A DNA stretch of 64,000 bases, taken from Candidatus Haiyanarchaeum thermophilum. Lineage in GTDB: Archaea > Nanobdellota > Nanobdellia > JAPDLS01 > Haiyanarchaeaceae. Numbering within the stretch: the stretch's first letter is position 1; the number at the start of each line of letters is the position of its first letter. Shown here in pieces: positions 47,790 to 57,690 of this stretch. Below the pieces are notes generated by a model that did no database searches, was not told the DNA's origin, and was given only the letters and a program-made list of their open reading frames with translations. A program made the translations under genes and the position numbers. The DNA is taken from assembly GCA_025920425.1 (NCBI GenBank), contig JAPDLS010000001.1:1754-65753 (forward strand), given 5' to 3'.

Positions 47790-47863
47790 GGGCCCGTGGT
47801 CTAGTTGGAAAGGACGCCGGCTTGCGGAGCCGGAGGACGTGGGTTCAAATCCCACCGGGCCCA
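47790..47863 (+). tRNA. tRNA-Arg(GCG)
   Basis: GGGCCCG/CGGGCCC, CCGGC-TT-GCG-GA-GCCGG, GTGGG-TTCAAAT-CCCAC. Confidence 0.95.
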
Positions 47864-48052
47864 CTTCCCTATTTTGACCAAGTAGGTTTAGTTGCTCTTT
47901 CATGAAGTATGGTTGGATAAATCTTCAAACTTTAATTACTATGATTCCGAGGATGCTAACACCCCTAATAAGCCAAGATAAGTTTCTCTAAATAGAGGAA
48001 ATGCGAAAAGAACCGAGGAAGTGGAAAGAATTCGGAGCCACGACTTCTGTAA

Positions 48053-49888
48053 TCACATGAGTTTTGGTACTTCTATCCCCATCAACTTGAGACAATCACG
48101 TAGTACCAGGTATGAGGCTGCCACAAGACTTGCTCTAGCTTTTTTAAGTTCCCCTACAGCTTTAATCACTTGGCACTTACTGTAAAACTCATTGAATTTC
48201 TTTGCTAATTCTAAAGCATATGAAGCGAGAAGGTTTACTTGATAATTGTTCGAAATCTCTTCGATGACCAGAGGATATTCTGCGATTTTCTTAATCAGCT
48301 GTAATTCCTCTTCCTCCTTCAGCACACTGGCATCGAAATGCTTGGGCCTAAACTTTAACTTTTCTAAGATTTTTTTAGCTCTTAAGGTAGCATACTGTAA
48401 ATAAACCCCGCTTTCTCCCTCAAAACTTAGAGCCTTAGCTATTTCAAATATGATCCTCTTATCCAAATCAAATTTCAACAAGTAGAATCTAATGGCTCCA
48501 ACTGCAATTTTCTTAGCTACTTGGTCCACCACTTTTTCATTAGCATTTGGATTTTTCTTCAACACTTCCTGCTTGGCAGCCTCATATACTTTCTCTAACA
48601 GGAAGTCGGCAGAGTATTCGAGTAGATGGCTTTTCCTTCCAGAGATCTTCCCAACCTCTCCTTCCTTTTCGAAGCATACCCATTCGAAGGGAAGATGAAC
48701 AGAATTTCTGAATTCTCTCTCAAATCCCAAAATGCGAAGGGCATTGAAGACTACAAGTTGGGAATATTTCTGCTCAAAGCCAACTACATTTATTACCCTA
48801 TCCACCTCTCTCTCCCCTTCAATCTTCCCTGAGTCAGAAGCAAGCAAGAGCTTCTTGTTTGGTTGCCTAGCAAATGGGGAGAAGCATAGTCCTGTGATAA
48901 TACCAAATTTCCAAAATTGGTATGCGATGTCTTTCCCTTCATAGGTAATGGTACCATCACTCCTCCTTATGATCTTGTATTTTTTGAGAGTATCTCCAAC
49001 AAGTGCTTGACAATCGCTCATATCGATAGCTAAGCATCCTTTATCTTCCCCTTCCATCACTTCAAATACTTTATTGCTCAAGAGCATTCTTTCTATGGTT
49101 TTTCTAAGTATGCTTCTCTTAACCAGATCCCTTTCAAAAACGAGGAGATCAAAGAAAATATTGAACTTCCATAGAGTTTGAAGCATAGCTTTAACACATC
49201 TTGGGATTACCTTTTCCTTCATCTCATGATACTTACCTGTAAGGCTCTCAAGCTCAAATAAGATTTCCCGCACCCTTTCCTCTAACAGGGGGTTTTGCTC
49301 CACTTCGGCATTAGCTTTGATGTAAATACTTCCGAGATAATGGTCAAATTTTTTTCCACTAAACTTCTCTTTGTACCTCTCTAGGCCGAGTAGAAGAATA
49401 GCAACCTGTCTTCCAAGATCATTTATGTAATTCTGCACTTCAACTTCATAGCCAGCCTTAGCTAAGACCCTTGCGAGAGTATCCCCAATTACAGCACATC
49501 TCAGCGTACCTATATGGATTGGGTGCACAGGGTTGGCTGAAGTATGTTCCACTACTATTTTTCCACATTTTCCAAGACTTCCATATGCTTCTCCCTTCTC
49601 GAGCACTTCCTTCAAGACAGACTCTACAAACCTACTTTTCTTCAAAAAGAAGTTAATATAACCGTTTGCATTTTCCACCTTCTCAACGAATTCGAGTTCT
49701 TTCAGATCGATTTTTTTGATCAATTCATCTGCCACTTCTTTAGCACTTCTCCCCTCTTCTTTAGCTATTTGAAAAGCTATCGTAGTGAAGAGATCTCCAA
49801 ACTCAGCTCTCTTGGTGAGCTCCAACCTAACTTCCCTTCCCCAAATTTCGCGAAGCTTCTGAGAAAGAGTTCCCAAGATAAGCTCCAT
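48053..49888 (-). CDS. argS: Arginine--tRNA ligase
   Basis: EHTSANPVHPIHIG (HIGH), NYINDLGRQ, FEGESGVYLQYA. Confidence 0.96.
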   Translation of the reverse strand: MELILGTLSQKLREIWGREVRLELTKRAEFGDLFTTIAFQIAKEEGRSAKEVADELIKKIDLKELEFVEKVENANGYINFFLKKSRFVESVLKEVLEKGEAYGSLGKCGKIVVEHTSANPVHPIHIGTLRCAVIGDTLARVLAKAGYEVEVQNYINDLGRQVAILLLGLERYKEKFSGKKFDHYLGSIYIKANAEVEQNPLLEERVREILFELESLTGKYHEMKEKVIPRCVKAMLQTLWKFNIFFDLLVFERDLVKRSILRKTIERMLLSNKVFEVMEGEDKGCLAIDMSDCQALVGDTLKKYKIIRRSDGTITYEGKDIAYQFWKFGIITGLCFSPFARQPNKKLLLASDSGKIEGEREVDRVINVVGFEQKYSQLVVFNALRILGFEREFRNSVHLPFEWVCFEKEGEVGKISGRKSHLLEYSADFLLEKVYEAAKQEVLKKNPNANEKVVDQVAKKIAVGAIRFYLLKFDLDKRIIFEIAKALSFEGESGVYLQYATLRAKKILEKLKFRPKHFDASVLKEEEELQLIKKIAEYPLVIEEISNNYQVNLLASYALELAKKFNEFYSKCQVIKAVGELKKARASLVAASYLVLRDCLKLMGIEVPKLM

Positions 49889-49892
49889 CTCC

Positions 49893-50186
49893 CTATTCTT
49901 TTCTCACAACAAGGATCTTACCATATTTCCCCACATTTAATTGGAGTTCATCCCTGAACTCCGTAAGATATCCATTTTTGATCTCCACAATATCCCCAAC
50001 CCTCACTTGTTGAATTTGTTTCTCCCAAAGGCTGAGCTTTATCCTACCACTTTCATCCTCAAGAGTGGCATTTGCTACTAGTTTCTTCCCATAGATTGTG
50101 TTAACTTCCCTAGGTTCAGAGATTTCAATTATCACTCCACGCACATCTACATTCTTCGCTCCTTTTCTCAATTCAGAGATTTTCAT
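49893..50186 (-). CDS. ssb: Single OB-fold ssDNA-binding protein (SSB/RPA)
   Basis: Start refined to MKISELRKG (50186); VANATLEDESGRIKLSLW, LNVGKYG. Confidence 0.88.
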   Translation of the reverse strand: MKISELRKGAKNVDVRGVIIEISEPREVNTIYGKKLVANATLEDESGRIKLSLWEKQIQQVRVGDIVEIKNGYLTEFRDELQLNVGKYGKILVVRKE

Positions 50187-50287
50187 GCTAAACTTAAGAG
50201 TTTGGTGTTTTTTAAAGTTTGGGATATTAAAACATAAATTTTTAAAGATTGGTATTGAGCAGAGAAACTTCATAAGTTTTTTAAAAA

Positions 50288-51205
50288 ATGAGCTTTTATC
50301 CTTATAAGATGAAGGGATTATTTAGGTTAAAACTGATAGCCACTTTCACACTCGCTTTAGTATTCGGAATAGTTGCAGGTATTTTTTCCCTACTTATCTG
50401 GCTTTCAGGAGCAAGTGGTCTAAGTGCTCTCTCGCTTGCCCTCATCCTCTCCCTCTCTATGCTACTCATTGAGTGGTGGCTTTCTCCGGTAATCATAAGA
50501 TCTCTATATAGAATGAGGGAGCTTGACAAGAGGGAACACCTATGGATTCACCAGATCGTCGAGGAGATCTGTGAGAGAGAGGGTATGAAGAAGCCTAAGC
50601 TATATCTAGTTGATGATCCCACCCCAAATGCCTTTGCATTTGGTAGGAGTAAAAACTCAGGGAATGTGGCAATCCACACAGGACTGCTTGAACTTTTGGA
50701 TAGGGAAGAAGTAAAAACAGTGATAGCTCACGAGCTAGGCCATATAAGAAACAGGGATATGGTAGTAATGTGTATAGCTAGCACTTTACCAATCCTCCTA
50801 TACTATCTTGCTTTAGCTCTAACTCCAAGAGATGAAAGGAGGGGTGGACTAGGTGTTTTAATTTTCTTATTTGCACTACTAGCAAGATTTGTAGGTCAAC
50901 TGATTGTGCTTTGGATCTCGAGGAGTAGAGAGTACTTTGCAGATGGATTTTCCGCCTACATAACCAAGAATCCTAAAGGCTTAGCCTCAGCCCTAGCTAA
51001 GATATCTTATAACTTACCGAAGTATAGAAAGACTCAAGTACATTCAGCCCTCAGAGCATTCTACATTTCCGATCCTTTCAGTAATGAGAGTCTGAGATAT
51101 GAGATGGAGAAAGAAAAGAGATACGGATTGCTTGAGCTTTTTTCCACACATCCCCTTACATATAAGAGGATAGAACGTCTTAAGCAGATCGCAGAGGAAT
51201 TATGA
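50288..51205 (+). CDS. htpX: Zn metalloprotease HtpX (M48)
   Basis: PNAFAFG, HELGH, SRSREYFAD, FSTHP. Confidence 0.93.
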   Translation: MSFYPYKMKGLFRLKLIATFTLALVFGIVAGIFSLLIWLSGASGLSALSLALILSLSMLLIEWWLSPVIIRSLYRMRELDKREHLWIHQIVEEICEREGMKKPKLYLVDDPTPNAFAFGRSKNSGNVAIHTGLLELLDREEVKTVIAHELGHIRNRDMVVMCIASTLPILLYYLALALTPRDERRGGLGVLIFLFALLARFVGQLIVLWISRSREYFADGFSAYITKNPKGLASALAKISYNLPKYRKTQVHSALRAFYISDPFSNESLRYEMEKEKRYGLLELFSTHPLTYKRIERLKQIAEEL

Positions 51206-52296
51206 AGAGCCAAGTAGATGATATAGGGCCAGAGCTCACAGCCCAATTCTACGATAGGGAGACTAAAACTATTGCCTTCCTCTGTATAGACAATACTGTA
51301 TTCGGGCCTGGGAAGGGAGGAATTAGGGCCACTCCCAATGTAACTCTTGAAGAGATTTCGAAACTAGCTAGGATCATGACTTGGAAATGCGCTCTCCATG
51401 AACTCCCATTCGGAGGAGCTAAGATGGGAATAGTCTTCGACCCAAAGAGCCATCCTAAGGAGTTTAGGGAAAAGGTATTTAGAAATTTTGGGAAGCTGTT
51501 AAGAGGGATAGCTCCTACTAAATATATTGGAGCTCCTGACATGAATACTGGAGCTCTGGAGATGAAATGGTTCATTGAAGGAAATGGTTCTCCCAGAGCG
51601 TGCACTGGTAAACCTTTGGAATTAAACGGAATTCCTCACGAACTTGGAGTAGCAGGTTTTGGAGTGTTTAAGGCAGTAGTAAAGGCTTTGGAGTTCTTCA
51701 ATTATGGTCACGAGATAACAATTAGTATAGAGGGTTTCGGAAACGTTGGGAGAAGTGCAGCTAAGTTTCTTAGCGAGGCTGGATTTAAGATCGTAGCAGT
51801 CTCTGATACCAGCGGGACAATATATAGAAAGGATGGACTCAATATTCCGGAGCTTATTCAGATTAAGGAAAGGGGAGGGAAGGTAATTGAGTATAAAGGT
51901 GGGGAAGTGCTTTTACCAGGAGATATCATTAAGGTAGAGGCAGAAGTTTTCATTCCGGCAGCAGCCAGCGAGACCATCAACGAAAGAAACTTCAACTTGA
52001 TTAAAGCTAGGCTAATAGTGGAGGGATCAAATATCCCAATCAAATATGAAGTGGAAGATGAGTTATTTAAGAGGGGAGTAAAAATTGTCCCAGATTTTGT
52101 GGCCAATGCTGGAGGTGTAATAAGTTCTTGGGTGGAGCATAAGTATGGAAGTAAGGTGGAATTAGCATTTAAGGAAATAGAGAAAAGAATTTCAAAATAT
52201 ACAGAAATAGTGTTGCAGAGAAGTGAGGAGGAGAAGATAAATCCAAGGGAAGTTGCTATAACTATAGCTAAGGAGAGAATCCTAGCTTCAAGATGA
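51202..52296 (+). CDS. gdhA: Glu/Leu/Phe/Val dehydrogenase
   Basis: GKGGIR, MTWKCA, GGAK, APDMNT, GFGNVG, PDFVANAGGV. Confidence 0.88.
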   Translation: MKSQVDDIGPELTAQFYDRETKTIAFLCIDNTVFGPGKGGIRATPNVTLEEISKLARIMTWKCALHELPFGGAKMGIVFDPKSHPKEFREKVFRNFGKLLRGIAPTKYIGAPDMNTGALEMKWFIEGNGSPRACTGKPLELNGIPHELGVAGFGVFKAVVKALEFFNYGHEITISIEGFGNVGRSAAKFLSEAGFKIVAVSDTSGTIYRKDGLNIPELIQIKERGGKVIEYKGGEVLLPGDIIKVEAEVFIPAAASETINERNFNLIKARLIVEGSNIPIKYEVEDELFKRGVKIVPDFVANAGGVISSWVEHKYGSKVELAFKEIEKRISKYTEIVLQRSEEEKINPREVAITIAKERILASR

Positions 52297-53213
52297 GCTA
52301 TGATACAATAATCATTGGAGGAGGGGCAGCTGGTTGTACTGCAGCAATTTATAGTGCTAGGAGGAACCTAAAGACGCTACTCATAGAGGAGAAAGCAATA
52401 GGAGGCCTTCTCCTATTAGCTACCACTATAGAGAATTATCCTGGCTTCGAATCTATTTCAGGATTCGAGCTGGCAAGCAGACTTGAGAAGCAAGTGAAAA
52501 ATTTGCCTGTAGAGATAGTAATTGATAAAGTAGTTGAGGTGAGAAAGGAGGAAGAGGTCTTTCTTGTGTTTACCTCAAGTGGTAAGATGTTTGAGGGAAA
52601 AAGTGTGATAATAGCAAGTGGAGTTACACACAAAGAGCTTGGGATAAGTGGAGAGGAGAAATTCGTTGGGAAAGGGATTAGCTACTGTGCTACATGCGAT
52701 GCTCCTCTCTTCAAGGGAAAAACCGTGGCGGTGGTGGGAGGGGGAAATTCAGCTTTCCATTATGCTCTATTACTCGCTGAACTTTGCTCAAAAGTATATT
52801 TGATTCATAGGAGAAAGGAGTTTAGAGCTGAGGAAGTACTGGTGGAAAGATTACGACGATTTAGAAATGTAGAATTTAAAGTGCCCTACCTAATTGTAGA
52901 GCTGTATGGGGAGAAATTTCTCAGTGGGATCAAGATTAGAAACGTGGAAAGTGGGGAGGATGAGAAACTGAAGTTGGATGGACTTTTCATAGCCATAGGC
53001 CAAGTTCCAAATATAGGGTTTCTGAGTAAACTAAATGTTCAGCTGGACGAAAACAATTTTATTAAGGTGGACGAGAGAATGAGGACGAATATAACAGGCT
53101 TATTTGCTGCCGGAGATGTAACTGGAATTGCACAGCAGTTGGTAGTAGCATGCGCCCAAGGAGCAATAGCAGCAATTAGTGCATCTAAATTTTTAAAAGA
53201 AGGCCAAATTTAA
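52293..53213 (+). CDS. trxB: Thioredoxin reductase
   Basis: GGGAAG, ENYPG, CATCD, GGGNSA, FAAGD. Confidence 0.94.
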   Translation: MSYDTIIIGGGAAGCTAAIYSARRNLKTLLIEEKAIGGLLLLATTIENYPGFESISGFELASRLEKQVKNLPVEIVIDKVVEVRKEEEVFLVFTSSGKMFEGKSVIIASGVTHKELGISGEEKFVGKGISYCATCDAPLFKGKTVAVVGGGNSAFHYALLLAELCSKVYLIHRRKEFRAEEVLVERLRRFRNVEFKVPYLIVELYGEKFLSGIKIRNVESGEDEKLKLDGLFIAIGQVPNIGFLSKLNVQLDENNFIKVDERMRTNITGLFAAGDVTGIAQQLVVACAQGAIAAISASKFLKEGQI

Positions 53214-53222
53214 TTCTTAATA

Positions 53223-53306
53223 GTCGGGGTAGTTTAGCGGTAGAATGCCAGGCTCATGAGCCTCTGGGAGACCTGGAGGTCCCGGGTTCAAATCCCGGCC
53301 CCGACA
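53223..53306 (+). tRNA. tRNA with CAU anticodon (elongator Met most likely), 12-nt intron 53259-53270
   Basis: GTCGGGG/CCCCGAC, CCAGG-CT-CAT-G|intron|A-CCTGG; CUCA pairs with intron UGGG (BHB-like). Lacks the initiator A1:U72 pair and the three G:C pairs. Confidence 0.9.
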
Positions 53307-53338
53307 GTTTTTTATCTTTGTAGTATTCCTACAAGGAA

Positions 53339-53494
53339 ATGAGACCTTCTTTAATCCTAGTATTAGGTGCATTAGACTTAATTACGGCAGTTATTGCGTG
53401 GATTTCCATATCCTTTGGAAGTCTCAGAGAAGTTGCCTCTATCCTGTTAGCATTCCTAGCACTCAAAGGGATCTGGAGTATCTTTTCCTCTTAG
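53339..53494 (+). CDS. Small two-TM membrane protein (51 aa; not in ORF track)
   Basis: MRPSLILVLGALDLITAVIAWISISFGSLREVASILLAFLALKGIWSIFSS; AAGGA upstream of the ATG. Confidence 0.6.
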   Translation: MRPSLILVLGALDLITAVIAWISISFGSLREVASILLAFLALKGIWSIFSS

Positions 53495-53771
53495 GTACTT
53501 CCTTCACCAACATACATTCACGTCCACAGGCCTCGCAAGTAAATTCTACTACTTCTCTATATTTTCCTTCCATTCTTTTCCTTTTCCATATATTTGGCAG
53601 AGAAAGCTCTCCTCTGTAATTGCAGAAGGGACAGGTATATTTGAGGTAAATTCTGTCTTCCTCTCCCTTTAACACCCAAGCCATGATTGAGCCCTTTGCT
53701 TCATTCGAATCGTTGAACAATTGTTTCCTAGCAAAGTATACACATTCCTCAATATTCCTTGGCTCTCTCAT
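53463..53771 (-). CDS. Small Zn-binding protein
   Basis: YTCPFC and FTCEAC motifs. Confidence 0.7.
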   Translation of the reverse strand: MREPRNIEECVYFARKQLFNDSNEAKGSIMAWVLKGEEDRIYLKYTCPFCNYRGELSLPNIWKRKRMEGKYREVVEFTCEACGRECMLVKEVPKRKRYSRSL

Positions 53772-53772
53772 C

Positions 53773-54315
53773 CTAGACCCCTAGAAGCATGAGGAGAAGG
53801 ATTCTCGGATATCCTAAGTATGGGATTCGGAGATACGCTTTCCCTATAATTTGCTGGGCACTTATATGTTGCTCAAAGCCTAAGGGAGAAGGATTTGCAT
53901 CTCCTTTAGTAGTTACACTTCCATTTTCTATGCTTATTACCCTATGAATGATCTTACCATTCGGAGAGTTAAAGACAATGACATCTCCCACCTTCAGTTC
54001 CTCAGGCCTTATCTTTTTTACTAGAACTACATCCCCCCTATTAATTCCGTCACTGAAATCAAATTTCCTGATCTCTTCGAGTGTGAAATTTCTCTGCAAG
54101 AAGAATTTGTAAAAGGTATCATCTACATTCTTATGCTCCATACTTTCCGAAACTATGGCTACTATATCCACTATCTGAAATGCATGTGGAAGGAGGAAAT
54201 TAAATAGGAAGTAAAAGAGGATCAAGAGGAAGAGTAGGAAGGCCAAGTATCCTTTCCAAGATTCCTCTAGGAATATGAGCTTCCAGAGCTTCCTGAGATT
54301 TTCTCTCCATTTCAT
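53773..54315 (-). CDS. sec11: Signal peptidase I, archaeal Sec11/SipW type (S26)
   Basis: IVSESME, GDVVLV, GDVIVF, IIHRV, TKGDAN, IPYLGY. Confidence 0.92.
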   Translation of the reverse strand: MKWRENLRKLWKLIFLEESWKGYLAFLLFLLILFYFLFNFLLPHAFQIVDIVAIVSESMEHKNVDDTFYKFFLQRNFTLEEIRKFDFSDGINRGDVVLVKKIRPEELKVGDVIVFNSPNGKIIHRVISIENGSVTTKGDANPSPLGFEQHISAQQIIGKAYLRIPYLGYPRILLLMLLGV

Positions 54316-54893
54316 GCTCTTCCCCTGCTCTCCCCAAAGACTATGCCTGTTGTAATTAAATGAGCTACCCTCAATGGCTCTGGTACCAATCCTCTCTTCA
54401 ATGTGGTCTGAAGGACTCTCTCCACCATTTGCCGAGTTGTGCCATGAAATTGGTAATAGATCTTCCCTTGCTTCACTTGGAACTCATGGATTTCTCCAGC
54501 CTTCAGGAGCTTATCTACCCTTTCTTGGAAATCTGAGAATTTCATGAGAGCATGTTTCATCCTTTCCACATCAGGATAATATCTCATTACTACTATTACA
54601 GGAATTTTTGTTTGCTCAAAGATTTCTTGAATATCTATCAAATTGAATCCTCCAAATGCTATTCCATCTGTCATCATCACGCGGAGCTGGAGACGATGTG
54701 TACTCCGATTCACCATTTCGATTATCTTCTGAGTGGCATCGTTCCCGTCACATTCTATATAGGTGCTGAGTACTCCATCTAGGAACTCACCACCTCTGAA
54801 GACCACCCCTATCACAAGTACCTCCTTACTTTTACCCTTAATAAAAGGAGCATCATCTATCCCCAAAACTCTAATTTCCTTCTTCACATCCAT
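54312..54893 (-). CDS. DUF99 family (endonuclease V-like) protein
   Basis: LGIDDAPF, DGNDAT, DGIAFGGFN, PEPLRVAHLI. Confidence 0.88.
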   Translation of the reverse strand: MDVKKEIRVLGIDDAPFIKGKSKEVLVIGVVFRGGEFLDGVLSTYIECDGNDATQKIIEMVNRSTHRLQLRVMMTDGIAFGGFNLIDIQEIFEQTKIPVIVVMRYYPDVERMKHALMKFSDFQERVDKLLKAGEIHEFQVKQGKIYYQFHGTTRQMVERVLQTTLKRGLVPEPLRVAHLITTGIVFGESRGRA

Positions 54894-54895
54894 CT

Positions 54896-55159
54896 TTACT
54901 TCTTCAGTTGCTTGTAAAGTTCCATAAATTGTTTCTCCAACCTCTCTATACTTTCCCTAATCACTTTCCTTACATCTTTTCCATTCGTTTTTACGAAGAT
55001 CTTAAACTCCTTCTTGAGAGGATGTTCGATCTTATAAGCACAGGCTATCACGCTCTTGTCTTTTCTGATCTCGTCTGTGAGCAAGTTGCATAAAGTGTGG
55101 TTTTCATCCAATTTGATCTCAATTTCCTCCTTACTTTCCTTCAGGATCTCCACCCTCAT
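54896..55159 (-). CDS. rpoL: RNA polymerase subunit L (Rpo11)
   Basis: Start refined to MRVEILKES (55159); ENHTLCNLL, AYKIEHPL. Confidence 0.92.
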   Translation of the reverse strand: MRVEILKESKEEIEIKLDENHTLCNLLTDEIRKDKSVIACAYKIEHPLKKEFKIFVKTNGKDVRKVIRESIERLEKQFMELYKQLKK

Positions 55160-55212
55160 TCTTAGCTTTAACCAATCTAAAGCTTTAAAAGTTTTCAGAT
55201 AGCAGTTTAATT

Positions 55213-56214
55213 GTGGAAGCAAGAGTCTATATGTTTGGAGTTCTTGTATTCAAGGGAGGAAAGGTAATAGAGAAGATTCTATTTTCCCCTATGCAAGCAG
55301 CAGAGTTCTACCTCAATTATGAGGTCAAATTAAAAGAATTGTTAGATGAACTGGCTAAGAGGGGGATTCAAATTAAAGAGGTGAAGAAGAGTTTCTGGAA
55401 AGAAGAAATACAATTGCTAGATGAGCTAGGAATCTTCAAGGGGAAGCAGGAATTCAGGAGGTTTAGACGACAGTTCTTCGTAGAGCTGTGCAAGCTTAAG
55501 ATGAAGGCTATGCCATTTGAGGATAAGATTATAATAAATCTCATAAACGGCTTAGACGAACTTAATAAAGTGATAAATATCTTTCTGGAAAGAATAGTAG
55601 AGCTCTATGGAAATTTCTTTCCCGAGGCCATTCATGCTGCTGGAGATTATGAGAAAATAGTGAGACTTGTAGCTATAGATCCGCGCCGCGAATTCGTTGC
55701 TACACAGCTAAAACTGAGCTTGGAAAGCATGGGCTCTGAATTTGGAGAGGAAGATCTGAGGATCATTAAAGTCTATGCCAAAAGAGCAGTAGATCTTATA
55801 AACCTAAAAAATGAGATAACTGCCCATCTTGAGGCTAAAATGAATAGAATTGCTCCAAATCTGAGCAAAGTAGCTACTCCCTTGATCGGAGCAAAGCTTG
55901 TAGCTGCTGCTGGTAGCCTTGAAGCCTTGGCAAGACTTCCCGCAAGCACAATTCAACTTTTAGGGGCTGAAAAAGCCCTATTTAGGCATTTGAGGAAAGG
56001 AGCTAAGCCTCCGAAACATGGTTACATTCTCGCTCATCCACTGGTTAAGGGAGCTCCCCTCAAAGATAGGGGAAAGATCGCTCGTACTTTAGCTTCGAAG
56101 ATAGCAATAGCAACTAAGGTAGATGTGTACGGAAAGGAGGATAGAAGTGAAATCATACTGAAGGAGCTTCAAGAGAGAATAAAGAGGATAAAAGATGAGG
56201 GTGGAAAAAAGTAA
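55213..56214 (+). CDS. nop5: Box C/D RNP protein Nop5 (Nop56/58)
   Basis: IAPNL, LPASTIQLLGAEKALFRHL, PKHG, RGKIAR. Confidence 0.95.
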   Translation: MEARVYMFGVLVFKGGKVIEKILFSPMQAAEFYLNYEVKLKELLDELAKRGIQIKEVKKSFWKEEIQLLDELGIFKGKQEFRRFRRQFFVELCKLKMKAMPFEDKIIINLINGLDELNKVINIFLERIVELYGNFFPEAIHAAGDYEKIVRLVAIDPRREFVATQLKLSLESMGSEFGEEDLRIIKVYAKRAVDLINLKNEITAHLEAKMNRIAPNLSKVATPLIGAKLVAAAGSLEALARLPASTIQLLGAEKALFRHLRKGAKPPKHGYILAHPLVKGAPLKDRGKIARTLASKIAIATKVDVYGKEDRSEIILKELQERIKRIKDEGGKK

Positions 56215-56881
56215 GGTAAATGCGAATGTGTTTTTCCTAAAAAATGGGGGCAAGATTCTAGCTACTAAGAATTTGGTGAAAGGATTCAGGTTCTCAGATG
56301 AGAGGCTTTTCACCATAGGTGATGTAGAGTATAGAGAGTGGATTCCCAATCGTAGTAAGATAGCTGCAGCCATCTTAAATGGCCTCAAGGTTCTTCCAAT
56401 CCAAAAGGGAAGTAGAGTTCTATATCTGGGGGCAGCAGCTGGGCAAACAGCTAGTTATTGTAGCGATATCGTGGGGAAGGATGGGGTAGTATATTGTGTT
56501 GAGATTTCCGACAGAGTTTTGAGGGAGTTAATCTTAAGATGTGCTCCTAGGGAAAATATGCTTCCCATCTTGGCAGATGCCTCCAAGATCGAGGAATATG
56601 GAGATCTTATTAAGGAAGTGGATTTCGTTTTTCAAGACATAGCTCAAAGGAATCAAGTGGAAATCTTCATCAGAAATTGTGAATACTTCCTCAGGCAAAA
56701 TAGTTTCGGGATGCTTGCGGTGAAGGCTAGGAGTATAGATGTGGTAGAGCAACCATCTAAGATCTTCAAGAAGGTTGAGGAGGAGCTAAGGAGGCAAAAT
56801 TTTGAGATAGTAGATTATAAAAGGCTGGAACCATTTGAGAGAGACCATTGCGTTTTTCTAGTTAAAAAACAAAAAGCTTAA
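56195..56881 (+). CDS. flpA: Fibrillarin (2'-O-methyltransferase)
   Basis: EYREW.P.RSK, VLYLGAAAG, DIAQRNQ, LEPFERDH. Confidence 0.96.
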   Translation: MRVEKSKVNANVFFLKNGGKILATKNLVKGFRFSDERLFTIGDVEYREWIPNRSKIAAAILNGLKVLPIQKGSRVLYLGAAAGQTASYCSDIVGKDGVVYCVEISDRVLRELILRCAPRENMLPILADASKIEEYGDLIKEVDFVFQDIAQRNQVEIFIRNCEYFLRQNSFGMLAVKARSIDVVEQPSKIFKKVEEELRRQNFEIVDYKRLEPFERDHCVFLVKKQKA

Positions 56882-56915
56882 AATCCCATAATTTTTAGGA
56901 AAAGTAGGTGGGGTT

Positions 56916-57158
56916 ATGGAAGTAAGACCTCTTTCCTTAACCGAGGTGTTGCTACTAGCGATTCTCATCGTATTCTTCTTTGGAGGTCTCTTCATCTATC
57001 CCTATGCCTTCACTACTTCAATAGAGCTTCCAGGATCTGCAGTGGGGTTTGAGGCGATATCTTCAATAATGCTGTGGGTCGCTACCATGTTCCTTATCTA
57101 CGTAGCTCTACAGCTAGAGAGAATCAAGAACCAATTAATGGAAAAGAAGAGACGATAA
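56916..57158 (+). CDS. Small two-TM membrane protein
   Basis: Two hydrophobic segments and a basic C-terminus. Confidence 0.65.
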   Translation: MEVRPLSLTEVLLLAILIVFFFGGLFIYPYAFTTSIELPGSAVGFEAISSIMLWVATMFLIYVALQLERIKNQLMEKKRR

Positions 57159-57211
57159 ACTTCTTTATTTCATTCAAAAATTTTTTATACTCTTAGCTAC
57201 TTCCCTCTTTA

Positions 57212-57640
57212 ATGGAAGAGGGTGTGGAGTACGAGCTTGTACCTATTTCTCCCATCAAGAAAATTCAGAAGGAGTTAGAAGAGATAAGGAGAAGTAAGAT
57301 ATCTACCCTCCCTCTCGATGAATTTAAGAAAGATGTGGAGAAGTTGAGCGAGCAGATAGATAAGTTAATTACCATCAATTTAACTCTCCAGACCAAGATT
57401 ACAGAACTCTTAGTTAAACATGCGGAGGTTCTAAAGGATTTAGATGAGATGGTAAACCTGCTACGACAGGCTACTGAGATAGAGAGCGAAAGCAGTGTAG
57501 TAAATTTGGCTCCGGTTGTAGATGAGCTGAAGAAAATTCAAGAGCAGAACAAGGAGATGATGGAGACCATTAGAGAGCTTACTACATATCTTAAGAGAAC
57601 ATATACCCGAGGATTAATAGAGAGGATAGTTAGAGCTTAG
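57212..57640 (+). CDS. Coiled-coil protein
   Basis: Heptad-rich 142-aa ORF directly upstream of the pilus cluster. Confidence 0.7.
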   Translation: MEEGVEYELVPISPIKKIQKELEEIRRSKISTLPLDEFKKDVEKLSEQIDKLITINLTLQTKITELLVKHAEVLKDLDEMVNLLRQATEIESESSVVNLAPVVDELKKIQEQNKEMMETIRELTTYLKRTYTRGLIERIVRA

Positions 57641-57690
57641 AAGGAAAGTTTTAAATAATTGGCATTTTTTCTAAGTTTGAAGGTGGTGAT

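Noticed and set aside
47864-48052. Stop read-through of argS or a small ORF/sRNA between tRNA-Arg(GCG) and argS
   Set aside because: argS is complete at its TGA; the only ATG ORF is 29 aa with no features; no well-spaced C/D boxes.
53223-53306. Initiator tRNA
   Set aside because: It has a G1:C72 pair and lacks three consecutive G:C pairs in the anticodon stem. Ile2(CAU) is not fully excluded.
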